This document shows positions 52,156 to 63,829 of a stretch of DNA of 64,000 nucleotides, piece after piece. The notes under the pieces were generated by a model. That model was not told the DNA's origin, ran no database searches, and saw nothing but the letters and a program-made list of their open reading frames with translations. A program made the translations under genes and the position numbers. The number at the start of each line of letters is the position of its first letter. Position 1 is the stretch's first letter. Origin of the DNA: Dicyema japonicum (taxonomy: Eukaryota; Animalia; Dicyemida); assembly GCA_011109175.1 (NCBI GenBank), contig RDEW01000017.1:751855-815854 (forward strand), in the 5' to 3' direction.

Positions 52156-53317
52156 TTATTTATATAAAAATTGGTTCATTTCAGTTTGCAAATAATTAGG
52201 ATTAGTTATTGAAATAGAGAATTGGGGATCAGAATTGTTCAAAAAATAACGAGGTGGTATAACTTGAGGGTTCATAGGATGAAAAACTTGTGGAAACGAA
52301 TTTTGAAAATTGTTTTGTTGATAATATTTTATATGAGCATAAGGATCAAGCATGTTCATTTGATTAAGCATTTCAATTTGTTGAAATTGGTTTTTTTGCA
52401 TCGCTTCCTGATAACTCATTGGATAATAAGGAAAATTTCCAATATAATTGTCATTTCTTTGATGATAGGATTGCTGATGATTTGATTGGAATTCTTAATA
52501 AAATTATAAAAACTTTGCAAACCATTTTTCGGTTTATTTATTGACATATCATTTTGAGATGATTTATGATACTGCCCTTTAACCATTCTTGGCAGTTCTC
52601 GTCTTCTTGCATTAATAAACCTTAAATAATGCATATTTTAATACCAATTGTTCACTTGTAATAATGTAAGGTTTGTTTCCTGCGCTAATTGTCTTTTTTC
52701 ATTTTCGGTTGGGTAAGGGTGCTATGTATTTAAAATATTTAATACGTCCAAATGATATTCAAGCCAATTTCTTAACTTTAGAATCACTTCTTTAGCAAAC
52801 ATTCCTCTTTTCTTTCTATTTTTTCGTACGGGAGATTTCGATGAGGTTTTAACAATATTTTGTTTTGGAGATGATTCCAAAGATTCCACTAAAACATTAG
52901 TTGATACACATGGTAAATTAAAATCGAAGTAAAATATTGAATAAAATGTCATTTTAAGTTGAATAACTCAAACTTTTCAAATGACAAATGATGACATAAA
53001 AATACTAAAACATCAAAAAAGATATAAAGATCCACTTCATATATCATTTCATCTTATATTTAATTTAATAAGTGACAGTGACATGCAGAACAACCACGTA
53101 CAGTGAATAAACAGATTTAATTACCTTTAATTGGTTTCATATATGACTGGGAGTTCATTGGATATGAATTATCATAAAAAATTGGATGAACTTTGCCAAA
53201 AGAATTAGGTTCGTTTTGGGGGTAATTTTCTTGATAATAATTTCCGGAATAACTATTATTAAAAATTATTATACAAATTAGAATTTCTTTCAGTCCAATT
53301 TGATCCGTTTTTCTCAT
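52156..53317 (-). CDS. TALE-class homeobox protein (MEIS/PREP-like homeodomain)
   Basis: KKRGMFAKEVILKLRNWLEYHLD|HPYPTENEKRQLAQETNLTLLQVNNW|FINARRR; 24-nt introns 52722-52745 and 52621-52644 at MEIS-type positions; Q/N/P-rich tail; 5' end uncertain. Confidence 0.88.
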
Positions 53318-54221
53318 CTTTATTCAATGGATGTAAAGCCTACAGTAAAATATACCACAAAAATGTTTGTTCAAGGACTACAGATGACAAGAATAAAAAT
53401 ATTAACCACATAATGCCCTTCATATATTTAGCCCTTCATTAATGTTTTTAAGCGACTATACTAAGCAAATTAAATTCAAGTAAAATATTGCACAAAACAG
53501 TAACTAATGTCTACCAAATATTGTTAAACTAGAACAAAATATCTGCTAAAATAACTAGAAGGCGCAATACAGTAAACACGAATACCTCAGAATTGAATAG
53601 TGATTGTCCATTGTGATCAAAATTAGACATTTTTCTACAGAATTTGACGCTTATTGCTTCGACGTTAATTTAAAGTCGACAAATATTCGATCGTAACATC
53701 GGCTAATATAATTCCGATCGAATTTTCCTATGTTAACTTGACTAGGTTAAGTAAATATGCAAATATGATTACTAAAAGGTCAGCAAATATTAGCATTTTA
53801 ATATATTTTGATAATAAACATTTACTCTAAATTGAACAATAATGAGTACTATAAATGAAGAGTCGAGACTTTAGTTTTGACATTTACATAGAAACATGCA
53901 TATATAATTAATAATTTTGAGATATTTCATGACATGTAAATCGACAAAGCATCCATCACAAGTCAAAAATATTTAATTTCTTTCGCATTTTTATAAATTA
54001 TTTGAGATAAAAAAGATTTATACAAGTCATCACGAAAACTAAAGTGAATAAGATAATTAATGTCGTGCGAATTTAAAATTATTGTGACTTGAGCGTGATA
54101 ATAAATTAATACAATTAGAGATATATTTTGTAACTTATTCCGAAAAATGTTTGTAGTTAGTATATTTTGTTGATTGGGTGATGTATAGTTAGCATAGATA
54201 TATGTTTTCTAGTTAGCATAG

Positions 54222-54224
<3 letters not shown>

Positions 54225-54254
<30 letters not shown>
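54225..54254. repeat. (TAA)10 microsatellite
   Basis: Direct reading; probably a retroposon tail. Confidence 0.9.
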
Positions 54255-54257
<3 letters not shown>

Positions 54258-54329
54258 TACAAATTTTGTATCTTATCAGCAAGTTAGATTATTTTTAATA
54301 TAAATACGACTTTATAGTCTTCATAGTAA

Positions 54330-55198
54330 GACTGGGGATGATGTTTGGGTTCCAGAGAGTTCGTTTTGAATGGTACAGAAAACCGGTAACTAGGTGCTTC
54401 CAATGTCAAAAAGAGAAGGCGTTCTGAGATTGTGTATATGCTATCCCACTAATTCCGTTGATATACTAGTTGTTAATGAAACGAAGTTAAAAAGTGAAGA
54501 TAATTTTTAACTTTACCTCAGACAGCCGTTCAAAAAAGATCCAAGAATATTCAGTTCTTTTTAGAAACCAGTAACAAGGCCTCCCTTAATTCTTGGATTA
54601 ATGTTCGACAGGCTGTTGAATTTCAACTCCCACGCGAAAAAAAAGTCCTTACTAAAGACCTGCCGAAGTTGAACGTTGTACGTACACTTGTTCAGAGGAC
54701 CCCTTTAAAATCAGATGGTTCAATTGTGACACTCTACAGGCAAACCATCGCGAGCTAGTTGTAGAGTATGCTTCTGTTGGGTGTAGATTCGAGTTATTAG
54801 AGACTACGCTCCACAGACTCAATTCAAAATACCGAAAAACTATTCATATGATGGCCCCACGTACTGTATAAATGATTAATCTCACGGAAGCTACGACCCG
54901 TAGCACGGATCCGGATTCCTTTCATCGGATTCCGAAAGGAATCCGATCTGTAAGGTGGATGGAAACCGCTTGGCCTGTCCTTTTCCAAGGCAAAAGAATT
55001 TCAATTAATTGAGAAGTTCCCCTCCCCGATCGGATTTCTCTGAAGGGATGAGAGAAGCTTTTTCGTATGGTAGTGGGAACAATGGGAGACCACAAACGTT
55101 GGATAGCTCGATTGATTACAGAAACTGGGATTACCTAACTGTCTGACGTTTTTTTCTGTTTTTCTTTCTCGGTGATCCCGGGGTTCTAAATAAATAAA
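54330..55198 (+). mobile_element. Vingi-like LINE 3' half
   Basis: LGLMFDRLLNFNSH, VEYAS; ETGIT* (55124-55138); TCTCGGTGATCCCGGGGTT (55167-55185). Confidence 0.75.
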
Positions 55199-55239
55199 TC
55201 GAAAAGATAAGGAGATTTACCAGTTCTGAATAAAAATAT

Positions 55240-56505
55240 TCTCTATAATGTCTAGATCTGATGCCTGGACGATCAGTTTTTGGAGGACTCACAAAAACCG
55301 TATTTCGAGATATTAAATTATTGGTTTCTGCTTTGTCAAAAGTTGATATGGAAATAAAAATGGATAAATGCAAAATTACCAATTATGGACTATCAAATAC
55401 GGAATTCATCCAAGCACGTCGACCTTCAAGTCTATTTTGCTTGAAAGCATTTATCTGCTCGAAAATATTAAAGAAAATCTTATATTCTTTTGTTTATTGA
55501 TGACCAAAAGTGGATATGCTGTAGTGAAGATCTTAAATTAATGACCGACAGACATTTTCTTATTGAAAAGGATCTCAATCGACTCATACCCTGGACTATC
55601 ATACCTCCCCTTTCCTTCTAAAGAACAATTTATCCATCTGAAGAATAAGTACGGTCTCATATTTCTCTCTTCCGGATCAACTCTCTATTCCGTGAAGCGG
55701 CCGAATCCATTTGTAACGCTCACTTCGAAGATGTCTCTTGGAAACAGGCAACACTGTTTGTTAGATTTGGTGACTTTAGGATTCAGTCCACTATCAATGT
55801 TTCTTTTCCTACAGGCCTTTCATCTCTTGTGGCCTCTGATTCCATGGTCAGGAAGATTTTATACTATTTTCCCTTTTTTTCTGACCAGGAAGTCGATCAT
55901 CTATATGAGATGTGGATTCATGCATACTTGTTCCTTCTCCAATCTATAGAATTGCAGCGGAATTTGGATGATGTTGTTTGCCGAAAATAGTTGGAAAAAT
56001 TTCTGGAGTCCTTGAACCAACACCGCCGTACTTGTCTGTTGTCCGGAGCTTCTCTTGAAAGTGAGGATTGGCTAAACGCTATTCAAGCGGAATGCTCGGG
56101 GGGGGGGTTTGACGACTCGATCCCAGTCAGTCTCACTGCAACATGAACAAATGATCTTTGCGTCACACCAATACAGATACGGTAAACATATTTTTGACTA
56201 AATCTACTCGCTTGGGAAGCCTTTTGTCTAAAACGACACGTGCACGGACACCTCTTCAAACAATCTTTCTCAGAGAGCTGTTAATATCTGTTCGCGAACT
56301 AAACGTTGAAACGCTGGAAGTACGCTGACCTCCCCAGTGATTAACATTTTTTCCTCTTGCTATGAAAACCTCTGGAGTCCCCTATGATTTCTTCAATAAG
56401 CTCGGAAACCTAATCTGAGCACGCTCAGGGGTTCTAAGCGAACTAGACTGGCTATTCGAGCGGATTTCCTTTGCAATCCTGCAGGCTGTGGCTGCTATAT
56501 AGCTC
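55240..56505 (+). mobile_element. Degenerate CRE-like element
   Basis: GGLTKTVFRDI..KMDKCK, WKQATL..FG, decayed REL region. Confidence 0.65.
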
Positions 56506-56619
56506 TTTTTTTGTTTTAACTAACGGAAATAATTTTTGATTGATTTTTTGGATAAAATAATTTGTTTAACATACACACTTGAATTAATGAATGACTCGAA
56601 GTTATTGATTTTATGTCAA

Positions 56620-56800
56620 ACCAAAACTTTATTTCCCCACTATTATTGTTGAGACAACTGGAGGCATAAGCGGGAAATCAGTAAGTTTTTTAAGAGACTG
56701 GGATAACTGGCTACACTCAGAAATCATGACGTCCGTGAAACTCAGTGGTTCCTTCAGTTTACCTTTGTTGCTACCTTGAAAGGCAACGTTGTAATAGGAC
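56620..56800 (+). mobile_element. CRE-like 3' tip
   Basis: PTIIVETTGGI..RETQWFLQ..KGNV. Confidence 0.6.
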
Positions 56801-57049
56801 CGTATCACAACGAAGTTCCACATATTCAAACATATATTCAAAAGAATTTCAAACAAAAATTGGTTATAGATATTCTTGATTAAATACTAACATGAATTTA
56901 AAAACCCAAGAGAACGTTTTCATCGATTCGTGTAGGTAGAGCCTTTTTACACAATCGTGAGTATAAAAAAAACTTAATTCTACATGGCGCCAACGTTATT
57001 GTGATGCTATATGGCTACTTAAATTTAAGATTTTTTGTTTGTTTATTCT

Positions 57050-57300
57050 GTTCCTACTCTTCACTTTTGGCTCCAGGAAGCTTGAATCGTTAGCGCGTGT
57101 CATATGGTTCACCATTTCTGATGGCGCTAGATATAATCCTAAATTATATCTAAAAAGGAAAATTAGTCAACAACCATCCAGAGGAGTTCCTCCTGGATGG
57201 CACTTTCTTCAAGTTCGCGCATGCGAAGATTTGTGAAAGAAGTCAGGATCACCTGAATTTTTTTATTCTTTCTATAACAGTATTTTTCTGGTTCAATAAA
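57050..57300 (+). mobile_element. Vingi-like 3' tip (eroded)
   Basis: Ends FVKEVRIT* (~57243-57257), then T-rich UTR and CTGGTTCAATAAA; hairpin at 57174-57200. Confidence 0.45.
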
Positions 57301-57699
57301 TTTAATTTAATGAGGAATTGAAGGAATTTATCACTCAACGCCTATTTAGAGACACTTAAAAAACTATTTAATTTTTTTTATATGCGGAGTCTTAAATGCA
57401 AACGTCTAAGCTTTGGTCACAATAAGCTACGGAGAGTACATCCTATCTATACTAGACGAATTAACTATTCTCAATAATCCAGATTTCTATACTAAGACCC
57501 AATCCAAAGAGGGGACAGTTCAACCTCCCCGGACTTGTTATATATTTTCTCTCTTGCTGGATATCTTTTGTGGGATGTTCGTTATGGTTTTAAAGCAACC
57601 ATAACCAAAAAGTTTTGAGACTCAAAAAATCAATTTTTTATATGCCAAAATGTTCTACGAAATTCAAGAAATATTTGAAGGCAAACTGTTTTCGTGTAG

Positions 57700-59300
57700 G
57701 CGACGGTAAAACAATCTGCGATTAAACTCACAGATTATTTTTTCTCCTTCTCTTACACCGACTTTCATGTGTATAGAGTTTCCTCTTATACACCATTATT
57801 GCCCCCTCTAACTCCACCTTTGCCCTCCTCAACTCTTTGAGGTCCCATTTGGAACACGGAGTTTACTAATTAGCCCCTTTACTACGCACTCTCAATTACA
57901 GAATTTCCTAAGTTATTCGTGGTAACCACAGACATAAGTGGAGCCGACTTGTTGGTCGACTATGCCACAAAATCTCCTATGGTACCTTCTGGAAGACACT
58001 AGCAAATAATCTTATGAATATTATGTGTCAATCAGCTACAAGAATTTTTCTCGCTCTCTCCATGTCAAACGATGTGGTTCACAACAAGCGCAATATAAAT
58101 AATAATAATAATAATAACAGGCGCAATATAAAGATCAAAATGTAATTAGTAAAATTACTACCTTCTTCACTCCCTATGATGTGGACAAGGCTATCAAATT
58201 TCTATGCCTCACTTGAGCCTGTGGCCCCACCTCAAGAACTTAGGACCTCAGGAACATGTCGTGTTATCGAAGCTATACAAGTATTCTATCAATTCTCATA
58301 CAATACCAAATAGATGGATGAATTCACTGATTACACCAATTCTTAAGCCTGAAAAATAAAAAGACATTACAACTTGTTACCACCCTGTTTCCATAACTTG
58401 CGTCTTGTCAAAAGTGTTGGAGAAGCTTGTATTAATGTTAATCTCCCCAGTTCTAAACCAATTTTCAATTTGGTTTTCCAAATGGGGTCCCACAAGGTAC
58501 CACAATTCTGTCTCTTCTCCTATTTTATTTATTTCTACCAAAGATCAGCACACTGTTTTTATCTTACGGGGACGACCTGATTATCGCTGCAAGGGACAAA
58601 TCTCCTTCCAGGGCTGTGGTGATAGTTCAGTCACACCTCAACCAGGTGTGTGACTGGCTATCCGTGAATTTGTTGTCTGTGACTGCATCCAAATTTCAGT
58701 TCACCCTATTACTTACGGACAGAAGATTTAAAGATGGACTTGAGATATTCCTCGGAAGCATTCCCATACTTTATACGCGAATCCAGAAGATCCTTTGAGT
58801 GATATTCGACTCTCTTATGACAATCTCCAGCCACATGGAGGAAGTGTTAATCAAAGGTCTTCGAAAATGAAACGTCCTAAAAGCTATCATTAAGAAGAGC
58901 CCCTCCTCACATACTGCTTGTATCAGTAAACTATATTTTCAAGTTATTGTGTCGACGATTTAATATTCCTGTTCTGTTTGGAGATTCGCTCTTCCCTCTT
59001 CGAGGATCGAGCGCATGAACTCTCAGGCGGAAGATCAAGAAATGGCCGGGGCTTCCTACGTATCTGCGAGGAGCTAGGAAACTCATTCAGAGAAAGGGCA
59101 GCCCATATGGAGGAATTCAGATCGACAATAAAAAAGTGAACTCAGATAGAATTCCTCTGCAGACATAAAAGAAGACACTTCCGGAATGCAGTTGGATCGC
59201 TGCCGTAGCATTCGAAACGAATTCGAGAGTTGTTGGAGGCTGGGATCACTTAAGTAGTGAGTTAATACTTTCTTTCTTGGCGGTCTTACGGTTTTAAAAT
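57700..59300 (+). mobile_element. Degenerate, internally deleted Vingi-like LINE
   Basis: Eroded APE segment, LSKVLEKL, NQVCDWLSVNLL; AGIT* (59239-59253); TCTTGGCGGTCTTACGGTT 3' end. Confidence 0.7.
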
Positions 59301-59374
59301 AAACGCAGAAACTACAATTCGATTAGTTACTACTGTATGATTAATAAAGATCAAAATGTTATTAGTAAAATTAA

Positions 59375-61975
59375 ACCTATGAGGAATTGACAGACAAGCC
59401 CAGACCACCCAGTAAACGGAGGGAGCAGATCTGTGCCAAGATTGCTTGGAGAGAGACTGAGCTGGAAGCACTGGAGGGCCACATAAGTAGTGTGGCGAAA
59501 GGGGTTAGAGGAAAAGCACCGCCTATAGTAAAGGGGCTAATTAGTAAACTCCTTGTTCCCAAATGGGACCTCAAAGAGTTGAGGAGGGCAAAGGTGGAGT
59601 TAGAGGGGGCAATAATGGTGTATAAGAGGAAAGTCTATACACATGAAAGTCGGTGTAAGAGAAGGAGAAAAAATGATCTGTGAGTTTAATCGCAGATTGT
59701 TTTATCGTCGCCTACACGAAAATGGCCATAGTGTATGTTTCCAGCAGGACGCGGAAATGCTTTCCACATGGGTAGTATGTGGGAGGCTAAACAACGCAGA
59801 GGAAATGCGTGGAATGTCCCGTACAGCGCCGCTCTTTATTATTATTATTATAAAGCACAACGTCTTGCCATTAGAAATGACAAAACCAGTGCAGTACCAA
59901 CATGTCCCGTACAGCGCCGCTCCTTTCTTGGCGGAATTTTCGATTTCCGCAAGAAATTTGAGGCGGTAGTGGGACATCTCCCTGATTGGAAAACGACCGG
60001 GGTCGATAAAGTTTATAATTTCTTTATCAAAAGATGCACTTCATTGCAAGAGTATATGTGTCGTGTATTACAGAAAAGCATCACTAACCCGGAAACGATT
60101 CATGCACAGGGACAACTGATTTGATCCCAAAGCTGGACAACTCCCAGTTTGCTGCAGAATATCGACCGATAACCTGCATGCCAACCCTGTATAAACTGAT
60201 GACCAAATTGGTGGCTAATGAGGTCAGGAGCTTGGTAGAAGCAAATGGGATTCTCTCCGAGAATCAGTTGGGTAATGTGCGAAATTGTTAGGGGGCAAAA
60301 GAGCAGGCTTTGATCAACAACTGCCTTTCTGTGTCTCACGGAAACTCACTTTTGTCTATATGGGTGGATGTGAAGAAGGCTTACGATTCAATTGATCATT
60401 CTTCCCTTGTTGAGTGCCTACACAGTCTGTGTATGCCTTTGTGGTTCATCAGCTTTGTAGCGGCTGTGATGAATAGGTGGAGTATTCATCTGAACTATAA
60501 TAGGCACCGGATAGGCGAGGTAAAATACGAAGGATATAAGTATCTGGGTGTTACCGAACTCCAAAGTCCTTTATAATGCCGAGACAAACGACAAATTACT
60601 GAAGGCATCCGTAAAAGAGCAGCGTTATTGTGTAAGACGTCTCGAAATGCAAGGAATTTGTTCCTAGCATTAAATGAGTATGCTGTCTTGCTGCTAAACT
60701 ACTACATAGGTGTTGTGGAGTTTGTTCCCAAAGAGTATGATGAGATGAATGTTATGATCCGTGGAGTACTCAGAGAGAACCATGTCCATGTGCTGGCAGC
60801 CAATAAGGAGAGACTATATTTACCCGTGATAAATTCGGCCGTGGATTGTGTGGAGTAGTCCAATTAAGTGAGCGTATCCTAATGCGAATGCACGAACCCT
60901 GATAGCTGAGTAAGTGTGTCTGCTAGAAAGCACGCCATAATAACGACCGAGAAAACACGGGCAACCTACCTAGGCACTATCAGACCTTTTTTGTCTGCTA
61001 AGTATGGTGTTGATGATGGTGGGCTAGTAAATGTGAAAGCGTTGATCGAATTACAATATAATAATTTGATGGAAAAGATCAACTTAAAAAGCCTTCATAA
61101 GGTCCTCTTCTGGGCATTGGACGACCCACATGTCGACCTCAAGTTGTCGACAATATGGCTAAAATGCAGTGACAACTCACCTCGATCGGAGGCGCTTTAC
61201 ACTTTTATGCAAGATCGCAATAATTTTTGGGGTCGATCAACAAATACATGTCTCCACCGTAAGTCAATGAGCATGTCGGTTGATCATTTAGCCACTCGAT
61301 ACGGATCCATGCTCTACCACGACTATATGTAAAGGCATTACGAGGTGGTGAGGAATCTTCATCTCATACTATGCAATAAGTATGGTATTCCCCACACCAG
61401 AAAGTTGCGGACTCATAAGGTGCAATATGTAGTAGAAAACACTAGGGTCCAAATTAAGGTAGACAGTGTTATCCGTACCTCGGTGCTAGTCAAGCACAAT
61501 AAACCGGACATTGTGGTACACGATAAGGAGTCTGGCCAAGTCCTTATCATAGAGGTTGGCATCACGTCTCAAGATCGTTTGCAGTCTGTGGAAGTGGAGA
61601 AAAAAAGGAAGTATGACTTTCTTGCAAACGAGATGGGGCAGATGCTTGGTTGCAAGGTCCTCGTTAATCCTATAGTAATGACATGGGAAAGAATTGCAAC
61701 AAAGTACCACAAGGGTTATCTGAAGCAGTTGAGGGTAGATAGGAAGCTCCAGGCCTATCTACAGTCCACTGTGTTAAAGCGGACCCTAGAGAGCCTGACA
61801 CTGGAGTATAGGAGGCAGAGCCCTGAGATGCCATATGGGCAGAGGGTTCAATTGGACAAGGCGCTCTCGGAGTTGTTTCAGCAACCAGAATCGAACCTGC
61901 CTGAGGAGGCGCTGGCGAACAGGCAGGCGAGGAAGGTTGTTGATTATTAAATATATTAACTTTTTGGTTAAATAA
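59375..61975 (+). mobile_element. R4/NeSL-like REL non-LTR retrotransposon with internal RT deletion
   Basis: YRPITCMP, SENQLG, WVDVKKAYDS, YKYLG, ERLYLP, HNKPDIVV..IIEVGIT..EKKRKYD; GDSLSP and YMDD motifs missing at ~60525. Confidence 0.85.
59835..59901 (-). mobile_element. 67-bp retroposon 3' tip with 21-bp TSD
   Basis: TSD atgtcccgtacagcgccgctc at 59814-59834 and 59902-59922; (TAA)5 tail. Confidence 0.85.
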
Positions 61976-62057
61976 AGTGGGTTTCTTATGTAAAATTAAT
62001 TATTTATAAATAAAAAAATTTTAAATTTTAGGTAATTTAATTACCACTGTCTCACTG

Positions 62058-63686
62058 ATGCCTGGTGATAATTCTATTGATAATTATAATAGACTCCCAA
62101 AAACTCTTAAGAGGTAATAAATGTTGTTGAATGATAGAATCTAAGATATCCCTTCCTAAAGTACACATTGATAATTTATCTATTACTGATGCTATCAACA
62201 AAATGAATTATAAGGAAGCACCCACAATAAAACCATTCGATAAAATTTTTCTAAAAATTGATCCAAAAACCCAAAATTCTGAATTAAAAGTCATAAATAA
62301 AACAAATTCAAATAAATTGAAAAACTTTAAAGAAGGCCTTTATAACAAAATAGTGAAAAATAGAGAAGAGGCAGTTATTAAAAGACAAGAATTATACAAA
62401 ATTGACAATAAAAACAAATTAAAAAACTATTATTATGAAGAGGTAGACGAAAAGGCTAGTGAAAAGGATGTCCCTGATGAAGAATTCGAATATTCAGACG
62501 ACGACTCTTTAAAGTGCCGCAGCGAAGATCTTGAGACTAAAGTTGAAGATGATTCTGAAAAGGATGATGAAAGTGAAGATGAAATGGAAGTTTTAGAAAA
62601 AACTGATAATGATGAATATACGGAGGAGAACGAAGATGAAATGGAAATTTTAGAAAAAACTGATAATGATGAACATACACAGGAAAACGAAGATGAAATG
62701 GAAATTTTAGAAAAAACTGATAATGATGAATATACACAGAGGAAAATGAAGATGAAATGGATGATTTAGAATCTGAAAATATTGAGGAGTTAATTGAAGG
62801 AATGGAAAAAAGTGACGAAGATGATAAAGACCAAATAAAATTCGTTAATGATTACAACTTTGATAGTAAAAATAAAAAAATTAACGATCAAAAATTAAAA
62901 TTAATGGATTTTGTTGATAATGAAGTTGAAGTATCGGGTTCTGACAGTGGAGATGAAGTTTTTGATGAACTTGATGAATATAACCCGGATTGGATTGACG
63001 ATAAAGAAATAGGGATGATGAGCACCAAAGATTAGCTAAAATTAATAGGTCTGACTTTAAAGATTATTTTAAGTAAATTGGTTGCGGATGAAGATGAGGA
63101 AGTTCTAATCAGAATTAAGGAGCAATTTTTGCCTGATGGTGATACTGAGGGGGATATTGAAAGACATCAGAGTTTTAGATGGAAGGAATGTGGTTTTAAG
63201 TTATTAAATTTATAGAAGATTTAACGCAATTCGATGGAGACAATGCAGTTTTCGGTGATTCTGAAGAGGAAGAAGATAACTCCACACAATGGAGAATTAA
63301 GAGATTTGCAAGAGAATCCTTTATTAAAGTTTTTTTTTATTTTTTACATTAGTCACAAAACTCAAATAAAGATGATGAAATAAATGAAAATTCTGGTTTA
63401 TTTTGCTTTAATTATTAGCATTTTTAAATTCAAATTCTCAGTCAGTCTCTGGTCTATCATCAATGGTGAATAATTGCAATTATTTGATTAGAAAAGGATG
63501 CGTGGGTCATTTATTGGAAGGATATCTGACTCGTGGTTAGATGGGATGTGTGAAAACAGTAATTCTGGAACTTTGACCAATCCCACTTTGAATGATGATA
63601 AAAATTGTGATGAAGATGTTAAAAGAGTTCGTAAAATACAAGATGAGAGTTCAACGGGATTTTTTGGGCGTTTTTCAAAGAAATAA
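62058..63686 (+). CDS. CLSPN: Claspin/Mrc1-like replication checkpoint mediator, miniaturised
   Basis: RESKISLP (cf. human RESALNLP); MRC1-like FVDNEVEVSGSD..KEQFLPDGD..FRWKE; C-terminal GSFIGR; about 6 mini-introns; small indels. Confidence 0.75.
62575..62760 (+). repeat. 57-bp coding tandem repeat x3 + partial (EDEMEILEKTDNDEYTEEN)
   Basis: Units start at 62575, 62632 and 62689. Confidence 0.95.
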
Positions 63687-63829
63687 GTTTTTTTGTAGTT
63701 ATTGATTATGTATTTTTTTGTAATTAAAAACTATAAGAACCTTTTTTAATTCAATATATTTTATTAAATCAAGCGAATTTATTAATTTACTATTGAATCC
63801 AGTCGACATAACCTAAGTTCTAAGGATAG

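Noticed and set aside
55131-55382. ORF with an NLS-like tail (RKKNRKKRQ) as a host gene
   Set aside because: It is the antisense reading of a LINE T-rich 3' UTR and an adjacent CRE fragment.
57690-57725. Further decayed 2A motif (GDGKTI) and similar hints at ~13575 and ~41918
   Set aside because: Too many changes are needed to reach DxExNPGP; not distinguishable from chance.
62575-62760. Repeat array as CRISPR-like
   Set aside because: No spacers; it is an in-frame coding tandem repeat in a eukaryotic gene.
63020-63080. In-frame TAG in Claspin suggesting stop-codon reassignment or readthrough
   Set aside because: One missing T (gat tta gct) plus a 25-nt GT-AG intron gives DLAKINSKLVADED, which aligns to human QIKKIHMKTMLDDD. 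Other genes end in ordinary TAA or TGA.
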